Assembly: GCF_964204645.1 (NCBI RefSeq)
Contig: NC_134029.1
Location: 19,338,950 to 19,402,949 of the forward strand
Source: Tubulanus polymorphus
Taxonomy: Eukaryota; Animalia; Nemertea
DNA length: 64,000 nucleotides
Direction of reading: 5' to 3'
Numbering within the stretch: position 1 is the first letter of the stretch; the number at the start of each line of letters is the position of its first letter. This document shows positions 53,401 to 64,000 of the stretch, piece by piece. The notes under the pieces were generated by a model. That model worked only from the letters and a program-made list of their open reading frames with translations. It searched no databases and had not been told where the DNA came from. The translations under genes were made by a program, and so were the position numbers.

Positions 53401-53792
53401 CACTTCAAACAAACCTCATCGAAGTAAAATTAACCTAAGTAATTATGATGTAGTTTGTTTTATTGAATTGTTAGCAACTTCACTTACCCATTTTCTAAGT
53501 GACCTCCAGGTAGTTGATACAGACCAGATCCCATGACAGTCCCTTTTCTTTTACCGAGTAGAACGCAATTAGGATATTTTCTCGACCAGACGAAAACTGC
53601 GATACCAACCATTGGCTGTTTCAGAGTGCTGCTATTATCGTTAGCGTTCCTGAAATAGTATGTATCATAAAAAGGTCCATCGACGCATACAGCAGGGGCC
53701 TTTGGGAGGCTTAGATCTGGGCGACATTCCTTTACATCTGCAGGCTCACTGCACTAACTAATCCATGGTGTTCGGAAATCTATCACTTACAT
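50461..53792 (-). CDS. NUDT15: Tandem two-domain NUDT15 (MTH2)-like Nudix hydrolase
   Basis: Exons 53791-53792 (AT), 53488-53649, 53081-53277, 52002-52317, 51065-51261, 50461-50576 (329 aa). Two copies of the NUDT15 pattern: PxxGxxVFV..CVLLGxRKG..YQLPGG, Nudix box, HY, GELD, EPxNxEP, WFWCxW..LPP. Probable 5' UTR exon ends at a GTAGGT donor near 54842; AATAAA on - strand at 50350-50355. Confidence 0.9.
52762..52927. mobile_element. MITE in NUDT15-like intron
   Basis: TIRs AGGCAGGTTTCGATTG / CAATTGAAACCTGCCT. Confidence 0.65.
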
Positions 53793-54304
53793 TTAAGCAC
53801 ATATTTGAAGTTTGGGAGTAAACTGTACAGATCACTCCCAAACTATAAATACGAGCCCCTGTGTATTAAAGAGTGTATTTTTTGTATGAGGAATCGGATG
53901 TTGAAATCAGAAGAAAATATAGTGTAGGCCTATATAATATTTTCTTCATCAGGTTCAAATCCCTGCCAGGGAAAATTTCAGATTTCTCATACAAAATTGG
54001 TACCAGTTATTTCTTTAGGCGCGTTGGATGCAATTTTTGATTGCTGCGGCCAATTGCCGATTTTTTTTACAGGTTCTAATGTAGCCACAGGGAATTTACT
54101 TAGATTTCATGAAAAACATAGTACAGTATCCAATGAAAAAAGCCATCCAGTAGATTATTGCAGCAGCTTTCACAGCTGCAGTTCCAATGCCACCGCTTTC
54201 TTAGTGACGCAGGTTTGACAGTTACATTTAATATTAGACGGCCAGCATAGTGCGTTGTGAAAGTAAAAGAATGCCAAGATCTGAAAGCAAAGCTAGTATC
54301 ATTA

Positions 54305-54781
54305 GTTGACAACATTAGACTGGGCTGGCTGTCAATTTTGTACGCTGTGGCTATTCGTACGGACCCGTACGGATTACTTTGGAGGCTATTCGTACGGAAC
54401 TAGGAACTGTATGCTAATAACTGTCGCTGAATGGCCGATTAACGCCGCGCATGCGTACAGAGGTGCGCGACTTAGAAAATTCAAGGAAAGTGTGGAGAAT
54501 AGAGTTAGAGAAAAATAGAGCGGGTCAAGTGAGACTCGAACCCGGGCCAGTAAATTTCAGCGCAGCATCATCCTACTAAACCACCGAGCTTGCTGAATGT
54601 TTTAATTAGATATTGGCATTGGCCTAGCCTCACCCTACCCTATCCCTATCCCTTCCCGTAGGATTAATTCCAGGGTAATCCGTACGAGTCCGCACAAATA
54701 GCCTCCGGAATTATTCGTACGTGTCCGTACGAATAGCCACTTCGAATAATTTCGTAATAGTAATCTGGTCATGTTGACAAG
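54305..54781. mobile_element. Foldback-like element with long inverted arms and internal tRNA-like segment
   Basis: GTGGCTATTCGTACGGACCCGTACGGATTA..GGAGGCTATT (54347-54397) is inverted at 54676-54740; internal - strand A/B boxes at 54520-54590 and a (CCCTAx)n tract near 54630-54655. Confidence 0.65.
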
Positions 54782-54842
54782 TCGAGTAAAACAACAGTAA
54801 GTAAGTCGACAATCACATCACTCCATGGATTAGACTACCTAC

Positions 54843-55098
54843 ATAATGTTACTGTTTAATCAAATGAACGGTGCTGTTGTCATGTGTTAAGTATTTATGG
54901 ACGGGTGGTTTAGGAGGAGCAGGATACGAATCGAATCGAGTGTTGTTTTTAGTTGTCATGTCGAAAAATCCATGGCCAACGACCTTCAGATTCACTCCCG
55001 CGTTCCTATGAATTGAATTGAACTTTTCTTCTCAAGGTCGTTGAGCTGATTGTTTATTTTTTGAGGGGTGTCAAAATTTGACAGGCTTTTAAATCGAG
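54843..55098. promoter_or_regulatory. Putative bidirectional promoter between NUDT15-like and MTHFS
   Basis: A - strand splice donor (GTAGGT, 54837-54842) for a non-coding first exon lies ~260 bp from the MTHFS ATG at 55099. Confidence 0.45.
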
Positions 55099-57382
55099 AT
55101 GGCTTCAATAGCTGCTGCAAAACAGGCTCTTAGAAAACAAGTTAAAACCCTATTGAAACAACTTCAACCGAGTCAAATAATGACTCAATCTAATAAGATT
55201 TGTGAAAAGGTAAGACCGTTTCTTCATGCAACTGTCTCACTCTCAGTCATGACATCTGCATATGTGAGGCCTCAATAATAGTCATCCCCTCTGGTTTATC
55301 TTACTCATTCCCATCTTGACTAATAGGTTAGCCTAGATAAGCACAGCCAGAAGTGACTGTCTATTCTAGTATTATTATCGTCAGGTGCCTTTAGCCCCTA
55401 GTAGGCCCTAGTCTAGTACCGGTACCTAGCCGCTGTTCCCTTGTATTAACTTGTAGGGAACCCGTAATGACTGGTATTCAGATAGTTAGTTACGTAATTG
55501 TTGGTGGTAAGCTTTTTATAATCGGATGGGCTTGGTTTGTGAAAATATCCGATCATGAAACTAAACCACAGACAGGTTACTGACTAGCATTCAGACTACA
55601 TGAGCGCCTAGTCTAGTCCTAGACCCCTTGTCTCTGATAGGGATGGCTTACCAAGATCAGCCGGTCAAACTACGAATCTGAAGGTTCAAATGTTTTGCAC
55701 CAGACTCTGCCTACCGTACAATGCCTTTCAAGGTAGTCAGTAACCAGATCGTAGGAACTCATAGGTCTACCCTGGCTGATGTAGGTGGTAAACTTTTATA
55801 ATAGGATGGATTTATACTAGGCCCTACCAACAAAAATATCTGATCATGAAACGTAACCACTGACAGGTTACCAATTACCTGGCTGCAGTTTGAAAAAAAT
55901 CTTGAAATAAGATTTAAAAATTTTTCCCCCTATCTAGTTGATCGCGCATCCAGATTTCCAGAAGAGTCATCGAATTTCGGTTTACCTCAGCATGACGAAA
56001 GAGGTAAACACCGAAAGAATCTTCGAAGAAATTCTAAAAACCGGGAAGAAATGCTTCATCCCATACTATAAAGGCGACAACATGGAAATGTTGCTGATGA
56101 AATCGCAGGCCGATTACGATTCTCTGCCGGAAACGGCTTGGAAGATAAAACAACCGGCCGATGACGACGTGCAAAACAGAGAAAACGCTTTAAACACAGG
56201 TTTGTTACATGAAAAATAATTGATATATTTTTGATCTATTTCCTAAAAGCTTCTTGATAGAATGAAACAATTAATAATTTGTAACTGAATGTAGATTTTA
56301 ATTCGTAAAAATTTGTCTGTAGATTTGGCAATATCAAGAATATATACAATACATGACCCAGTTCCACAGTTCCTAGTTAAGATTTAACTCGGAGTTAACT
56401 CATTGAAAATGAACTGATTTTAACTCAAGAGTTAACTCTAACTGACAACTGTGGAACTGGGTCCAGTAGACACTGCATTGTCCGGATCATTTGGGGCCAA
56501 ATGGAATTAATTCAGTTTATGAGGAATCTGGATTGAATGTCATATTTTGTATACACCTGGTGCATTTATTTATAGATGGACCAAAAATAATATCTGCATT
56601 GGATCAAAATGCGGGACTATACAGGGTCTAGGCCTACTGTTTATACAACTTGATGCCTTAACAAAGAATCTTAGTTAACCTATGAAAAATTCATACATGA
56701 AAACCATACTGTTCTAGATTCAAGTTTTGGTAAATATGGAACCTCTAAAATCCAGGAACTGCGAAACCCATCAAAATCATATTTTAAAATTTGATGAAAT
56801 TTCATGGCAAGACTTCTTCGAACAGTATACCAGTGTCATAGTAAAATTACTGTCAGCTTAGAGACTGTGGGACACTCAGTGGTTCCTCTCGGCTCAGTCC
56901 ACAGCCAGGACAAATCCTCGCTTTTGTTGCAATTTTTGTTTGGCCAGAATTTTCATGATAGCTTTCAGAAGTAGTAATTGACTAACCTATAGCGGACAAT
57001 CATTAGTTACATACCAGTAGGTATTTCATCAACAAACTTTCGATCATCCAGGAATCACGCAACAAATGGTAAATGTTTGAGGGCAGTTCCAGGCTGCGAA
57101 TTGGACAAAATAAAAACATAAATTAAAACTGATTTCATTTTTAATTTAATTTTGACAGGCGGTTTAGATTTGATCCTCGTACCGGGATTAGCTTTCTCGA
57201 AGGATGGAAACCGTTGCGGTCGCGGGAGAGGTTACTACGATAAATATCTACAGCGTTGCATCGACGAAACGAACAAAACTCCCGTTACGATCGGCCTGGC
57301 ATTCAGCGAACAGATCGTCGACGATGTACCCGTTACGCCTAATGATTTTAAAGTCGATGCGGTTATATACCCAACTGAATAG
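55099..57382 (+). CDS. MTHFS: 5-formyltetrahydrofolate cyclo-ligase (methenyltetrahydrofolate synthetase)
   Basis: Exons 55099-55209 (AAKQALRK), 55938-56199 (ISVYLSMTKEVNT, WKIKQP), 57159-57382 (LDLILVPGLAF..GNRCGRGRGYYD); 198 aa. Confidence 0.97.
55495..55875 (+). repeat. Two copies of a short dispersed repeat in MTHFS intron 1
   Basis: GGTGGTAAxCTTTTATAATxGGATGG..AAATATCxGATCATGAAAC..AACCACxGACAGGTTAC at ~55503 and ~55784; a related copy at ~35585-35640. Confidence 0.65.
56356..56464. mobile_element. MITE (Harbinger-like)
   Basis: TIRs GACCCAGTTCCACAGTT / AACTGTGGAACTGGGTC; a second copy starts at ~63945 and runs off the window. Confidence 0.75.
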
Positions 57383-57507
57383 CGACACGATTACACAATA
57401 ATGTTGATCACCTATCAACAATTAATGGTCAAACTCGCTTAAGAGTTGTTGTACAGGAGACTCTGCCTACTGACCATACACCCAACTGAATAGCAATACA
57501 ATTACAA

Positions 57508-57721
57508 GGCTAAAAAAATTGATACCTTGTTTCTCTGGTCTGCTGAGCTTAAAAGTTGACACGGCTGGCCGCCTATCTACCCTGTACATTACCTTTTCTA
57601 TGATCAATTCTACCATAACAGACCTGGCAGCTATAAAAATGAACTGATTACAGATTTCATTCATTTATATTAAAATGACCTGGCCACTGCGGAGTAACAA
57701 GGTACAATTTTTGTTTAGCCT
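57508..57721. mobile_element. MITE downstream of the MTHFS stop
   Basis: TIRs AGGCTAAAAAAATTGATACCTTGTTTCTC / GAGTAACAAGGTACAATTTTTGTTTAGCCT; related copy at 57868-57990; inner TIR motif shared with 37135-37511. Confidence 0.7.
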
Positions 57722-58182
57722 GATGTTGATCACCTATCAACAAGTAACAGTAAAACTCGCTTAAGAGTCGTTGTACGGGAGATTCTGCCTATTAGCGGTA
57801 CCGGTCGATTCTGTACTCCGTTCAAACCGGTAGCACGATAAAAAGATTTTGTCTCTACCGTTTGCTAAGGCTCAGAAAATGATACCTTGTTTCTCCTAAT
57901 CGGCCGGACCATTTTGTAAACTGCAATAAAATTAGGCGGCTGGCCGGGTCGACTTTTAAGCTCAAAACAGAGATGAGAAACGAGGTTTCTGAAAATCTAT
58001 ACCGGTAACATTTTGCTACCACTATAATAGGCAGTGTTGTTGGAACCATCATTACGTTAATGAATTATTCCAAATGACGACTTAGTCTATTGAATCAAGA
58101 CTCAAAAATAAAATGGAGATGATTCCAGTGATGTGATGACTTATTCGGATGACGAATTACATACAATAAGCAAGTTTGATTG

Positions 58183-58348
58183 TACAGTAAACCTTGCTTA
58201 ATTCAGATCTGATATCACGACTGATGAAATAAATCCAGATTAAACTGAAATCCAGATTACCATGAAAATTGTATTCTACGTATGTTTCAGCGCAAATGGA
58301 TTTTAAATAAATGTCCGGATTAGATCAGGTTAAGCAGGTTTTCCTACC
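58183..58348. mobile_element. Tc1/mariner (Tigger/pogo-like) MITE
   Basis: TACAGTAAACCTTGCTTAA...TTAAGCAGGTTTTCCTAC ends; related decayed copies at ~40050-40232, 56464-56640 and 58851-59022 (shared CAGTAGA, CCGGAT, ATGAGGAATC motifs). Confidence 0.55.
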
Positions 58349-58527
58349 CAAAATAACTGAAAATTATCGTTACATGTACGCAGTATCAGTCATAGTAAAT
58401 AATGTCAGTATGAATGAAAAATGTGCCATAAATCAGTATTAATTGACATGTATATTTTGAAACATAATAAAACATAAACAAATCACGTTAATCTTGAGTT
58501 CCTATTTCTTATTTGGTGGAGAAAATT

Positions 58528-61500
58528 TCATCTGAAGAAACTGTCGATTGTTGTTGTCTGACTCAACGGCAACAAGTCCATTTTCTTCCGTTTGGCATGA
58601 GATGGTTGGCTTAATGAAAGAGAAGTATTTTTCCTAAGAAAGAAGAAAAACATTCAATTAAAATACCCAATAGATATTCGCACAGTAGACTCGGCATACT
58701 CGGATACATACAATTAAATAGTACGGTATTTCGTAATACATTGTAACTACGTCAACACTAGCTCGTTGAATTAAGAAGCAAGTGTAGAAGGAGCTTGTAT
58801 TGCCTAACTCTGAGTTAAGTCAGACAAATTCTTGAAACAACCAGATTCAGTACAGTAGAATGTGCATAAGTCGGTTCATTTAGGCCAGATGAAATTCATC
58901 CCGTTAATGAGGAATCCTGATAAAACATCAGGTACTACTTACAAATCTTTACATATAGACGGCCTGTCAATAACATCCAAAAATCTGGCTTAAACTGATC
59001 CCGAATTAAGCAGATTTCACCAAAATGTGTACTATAGAAATCGCATATCGTTTAATGTATATACGTAGATATATATGCAGAGATATACGTAGTCATATGA
59101 TAAACAGTCAAGAGTGGGGGCGGGGGGGGGGCGAAGAATTAGTGGATTCAATTGAGATTGACTTGAATACCCCGTTTATCTAAACATATCACATTCTTAC
59201 CGTTTAAGACTGGAGTCGAGCTGTTTCTGCTCTTGCAGTATTGTATGAATAGTTCCTCGGCTCAGACAGCCGTCGACGTGGTCGTTAAACGACGCTAAAT
59301 CTTTCAGTTTAGGTTGCGGCAGATTACATATTGGACAGACGAATCGCTGCGACTGCTCGTCGGCTGCCCGTTCGTCGTCTTCATCGTTAACGAAATTCGA
59401 ACTAATATCCTGACTATCGGTTATCCAAGTTTTAATATCGCAGCCGTTTAGAGACGTGTCTTTCTTTTTCGACGACAGTTGGCTGGAATTTCGTTTTCGT
59501 CGCTTCGTCGTAGCTGGCGGTTGTTTTACTTTGACCTTGGTTTTAGAGATTGTCCGAATTACGCTGATATCCGATTGTTTGTCGTCGCGGTCGGCGACTT
59601 CTCGAGACGACAAACACGCGTCTAAATGATCGTTAAAATCGCGCATCACGTGACAAGTAATGTCGCGATTACACACGGGACACATGTATACAGTTTCGAG
59701 ATTTGTATCAGCGGTGGCGAATTCCAGTTCCGCACGAGCGATCGGACTCGGCAGATCGCAATCCGTAGTCGCGGTGAGATTTTCTACTATCACACCCGGG
59801 CTATCGCTATTTTCGACGTTAGTTTCGGATTTTGAAACCTCATTCGCAATTTCACAATCGCGCAACTGATGATGAGTGTCGGTAACCTTAGAGTCAGTGT
59901 TCTTTATTGCAGAGTCAATAATTTTTGGTTTACTTAGCCCAAGATCGCAGTGCTGGTCCGACATATCTGCATCAGAATTGCGAGCACCGGTCTCGGTTTT
60001 GTTTTCGCTAGTTGAAGGTTCTTTTTCGACATGATTCGACGCAGAGCCTGCTGAAGAATCGTTACCATGTCGAGCAGTAGCCCTTGACGACGAAGCATCC
60101 GCTGAACTCTCATCGTTGGAATCAACTTTGCATGAATCCAGTTCATTGATCCGATGATGATTAACGGTCAAAAGGCTTTTAATCGTTTGCTGTTTAGATC
60201 TGGCTACCGCGTCACCGGCGTTCTGCAGATTTGAAAGTCGGACACCTATTGTTACGACAAAAAAGAAAATTGCGCGTATATTTTGATAATGTAAAACTGT
60301 GTCAGTACATGCTGCATATCTAAAATTCTATGGCACGAATTTTTGTCCGCCATCAGGTTCGAATCTGTGCACGGGACGATGATAAATCAAACCTTAACTA
60401 TAACTTAATTTTTCCGATACATACCCAGTAAACGAATTCGAAGGTATTCCGGCGCGACCCTCTGGATTTCAGTCGTAAGCAGGCGTCTGGCGGCGCAGCA
60501 TATCAACGCGAAATCGTTAGTATAATCGGCCATCGTCAAAGCTCGGGTGCGAATCTCAAAACTGATTGTTTTTAGCTTTATAGTAACTGTTTTGCCCTAG
60601 AATAGAGTGAAACGTTTTTAAATCGTAGACAACTCGAATTGAAAAAAAATTCTCAAATCGGGAACATTGCTTAAAAACTGTTAAATCTAAGCCAAGTTTG
60701 AGGTATAAATTGAGTTTTCACCGTAATTTTTTCTAGTTTAAGATCTTCCACGAGTGCCTCGACGAGCTCAGTGCATTTCGCGAATAGATCTTCAGGTCGA
60801 TACAGTTCGGTGAACGTGCGTTCCGTGCTGATACTCTTTCGTCCTTCATCTCTGAATGAGCAACCAGAAAATGACTCGGATACAGAGCTACATACGTATA
60901 TACATACACTAATCTAGGTAAAATAAAATGGTGAAATATGAGAACGTTGATACTTTCTTCTCGCGCACACATACCTTTCCACTCTAGTCGATCCCAGTCC
61001 TAAGCAGACCCTCAAAAAATAATTGAACGATATTTTCGAGTAGAGATGGTAAACACACGCGAGATTGTTGTAAAGGTCGGTGCAGGTAACGACGCCGATT
61101 GCGCTAAGCATTTTCTCGGTAACTTTTCCGATGCCGCAAATCTATGAAAACACGCAAATACAGGTAGTTATCTCAAACACTGGTCTAGTAACAGTAACAG
61201 TTTCATCGGGTTCATACTAATACGTCACTCCTAGATTTGAGGACTTTCTGCGAAGTATTCAAGAAGAGAAATTACAGAGGCTTACGGTGACTTAGGCATC
61301 AAGTATTCTGATAAAACATTATGAGAAAACAATCTGCGCAACAATTTCTTGTGACGCATTTCCCCCTACCCACATTCGTCCATAAACACAGTGTATAATA
61401 TGTATTGAGCACTAGTTCCCTTTTTTCAAAATTTTAAGTCTATGGATATTTAGGTACTTAGCTGATTACGGCAGGGTTAGGAGTTTAATTTAGGAGTTTC

Positions 61501-63519
61501 AAGGAGTTGGGCCTATTTATAAAAACTAGAGCAGATTTGATGTAGAGCGTTGTCAAGGAATCAAGAAGTACCGACAGTATGAACCCAGATTTTGATGTTC
61601 ACAGCGATCTTACTTTTCTGAGCGGTAAGTCCTTGATAAACTCTATGACTGCTTCACGCGACAGCGCGATCTCGAACTGGCCATTCGGTTTGTTTCTATC
61701 CGAACAAACTTTCGCCAGCATCATATTCGGTGCAATGCCTGAAATGAAGCGTATAGCGGATATGCATATACTGTTACTGGTACGTGATAACAGTATTTAC
61801 AGTAGACCCGAATATCCTTTCAAGCCAAATTATCACAATCAAACAAAAATCTTCGAATCATGGAGACAGTTCGGACTCATGGCAGTGTATATATAGCATG
61901 TAGATGAGACCAAACCCAAAATCATAAGAAATACACCTAATATATCTACTACAATCTATTACAAGGAGCCAATCGGTTTATATAGTTCCGTTGTGTGATT
62001 TGAAGAAATAGAAGCTGCATACCACAAACGAACAGACGGATGACGACGGCTCACCCCCTAACCCATTAGCTTTGCTGACCTGTGGTCCCAGCGGAGCTAA
62101 AAATTCAGATGATCTTTTAGGTAGAATGCTCGTGCTCATCTTCAGAGTATTCATTTTTATGATCAGTCACTGAATATACGTCTTGGAGACAACAATTTTT
62201 GTCACGAATTAGGTTACATAGATACTTCAGGATATTTTATAACCGACCACCCCAATAATTATTTTGAAGATGGGCAGAAGCTTCAGCTTAATGATAATAA
62301 CAACACTGTGCCAATGAAATCTATTTCATTATCTAAGATAAATTGTTAAAGCATTAGAATGCGATGAACAAATTACCTGCGCTTGCTGTTAGTTTGGTCT
62401 TCTGTTGGATTTTAAATCTCATTTCTCTCACTGCTTCAGCGACGGACGTACCGAAAACGATTACATTTTCACTCAAATTCTTATTGCACTTTGTGCAAAC
62501 ATGAGTTGACCGATCACCCGTCGCGCCGCGCCGGTCGAGATCGTAGGAATCGCCCGCCATTTCATTTCCGTTCGCGTCGAGAAGCAGCTGATTCCCGGTC
62601 GATGTTGTTCCGCAAACGCATCGATCCTCTACATCGGAATTCCGAACGAACGTTCGCCGCTCGAGCGGATAGTTTTTTCTCGCCGACACGTGCTTCGTTA
62701 AATCCAAATACGCTTCGTCTAAACTCATCGGACAAAAATGTTCGTCGTATTCCGCGAGTACCGAACGTATTTCTTTACTGACCGACGTGTATTTCTCGAA
62801 GTCCGGCGGCACGATTACCAACTCAGGACAAAGTTTTCGAGCGATAAATCCGGGCATGGCCGCGCGAACTCCGTATCTTCTCGCGATATAATTCGACGTT
62901 GACTGGAAAAAAGATTTTTGAGAATGATTAATCATCTTTAATACCGGTACTACTAGATAACTTAAGATACTAAATTTCAATAAAAAATCTTATCAAATCT
63001 AATATAATAGGTAATCAATCTAAAGTTGATATGCACAACTTTTTTCATTTTTCTGAACAACACTATCAAATTTTCAAATCAAATCAAGCTCCGTAGTGTT
63101 TGTCAAACAGACCCCACAAGAATCCGGATCAAATTGATACACTTTGTAGGATATCTGAAGTTAAGAAGTTATGAGGCATTGCTAGCCATGGTCAATGAAA
63201 GCATCACATGAATTAGGGTCCCTTGCTCGCTGAACCAACTATCGAACCATGATTTTTGAGATGGCTACAACAATATTACACAGCTGAAGAGCTGGTCTCC
63301 TATAGGCCTAGATAGGCATGATTCTTCACTCTTCCTCATCTCTTCTTTCTTTCGCGTAAAACTTACCAACATGGAGTTTCCACCGACTGCCATCGGCTTG
63401 TCGCGCAGCGTTTCGTCGTCCCTCATTTCTACCGCCGCGTAGAATGCGTCCATATCGACGTGCACGATTATCCGATTCAATTCGCGTTCGCATTCTAGCG
63501 ATTCGATCATTTGTTCGAC
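58528..63519 (-). CDS. POLK: DNA polymerase kappa (Y-family, DinB), 5' end outside the window
   Basis: Exons 63367-63519 ([12 protein letters not shown]), 62377-62902 ([26 protein letters not shown]), 61614-61738 ([20 protein letters not shown]), 60975-61141 (GIGKVT), 60722-60851 ([10 protein letters not shown]), 60425-60596, 59201-60245 (two UBZ4 fingers CPVC..NDHLDAC and CPIC..NDHVDGC), 58528-58633 (NLS-like KRKK, PIP-like TIDSFFR*). Confidence 0.97.
61900..62103 (+). mobile_element. Helentron/HINE-like non-autonomous element end
   Basis: ACAAACGAACAGACGGA microsatellite-like tract followed by a terminal hairpin TTAGCTTTGCTG..CAGCGGAGCTAA and an A run. Confidence 0.5.
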
Positions 63520-63662
63520 CTAGGTATGAAAAACAAAAGAGTATTCGTCAGCCTACTACAATTTAGTTCAGTAATAACGACTGTAAATACAGTATACATG
63601 TTACTTTCTTCTTTCTCTTAGCTTAACAAGGTTTATTAGTACTACATTCAGATTACATAAAC

Positions 63663-63950
63663 CAAGGGCGGAGCCAGGATTTTTGTAAGGTGGGTGACCA
63701 GGGTACTGAAGGGCACAAAAGTAGTCGCGAAGGGCATTAAAGTAATCATGCATGAAGGGTACCCCAACATGACGAGTGCAACAGGCGCAAAGCCATCAAA
63801 GGGGGTCTGTTCAAAATTTTGAAATTTTGGTGTTCTCTTATTGACAGCTGCCATGATTTACATTTTTCTTGATGAAATTTAAAAAAAATGTTTTCCTAAA
63901 TTTTTTTAGGTCACCTAAAAAAATTTAGGGGGGGCTAGTCCTTTGGATTC
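63663..63950. mobile_element. hAT-like non-autonomous element in a POLK intron
   Basis: Starts CAAGGGCGGAGCCAGGATTTTT and ends with a G run and GGATTC, a common CAGGGGCGGATCCAG-type pattern. Confidence 0.4.
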
Positions 63951-64000
63951 AGTTCCACAGTTTCGAGTTAAGATTTGAGTTAACTAATTGAAAATGAACT

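Noticed and set aside
36806-63519. U12-type introns, recoding or selenocysteine in the housekeeping genes
   Set aside because: All assembled introns are GT-AG without the RTATCCTT signature, and the frames close without in-frame stops.

Overview
Intron-rich animal DNA, probably from a lophotrochozoan-type invertebrate (inferred from gene and repeat style). The first ~36 kb holds a delta1-type protocadherin with 7 cadherin repeats in one large + strand exon (3095-5857/5869), followed by ~30 kb of repeat-littered non-coding DNA that may carry its cytoplasmic exons. The last ~28 kb is a compact block of five housekeeping genes whose exons I assembled by eye from GT-AG sites and phase: coronin-7 (-, 25 coding exons), frataxin (+, head-to-head with CORO7), a tandem two-domain NUDT15-like Nudix hydrolase (-), MTHFS (+, head-to-head with the Nudix gene) and DNA polymerase kappa (-, 5' end outside the window). 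Repeats include a tRNA-derived CORE-type SINE, L2/CR1 LINE 3' remnants, many MITEs, (TA)n tracts and a perfect 46-bp palindrome. The most unusual item is the internally duplicated NUDT15, with two intact Nudix boxes and a start codon split by an intron. No database searches were run; family names come from recognised motifs.
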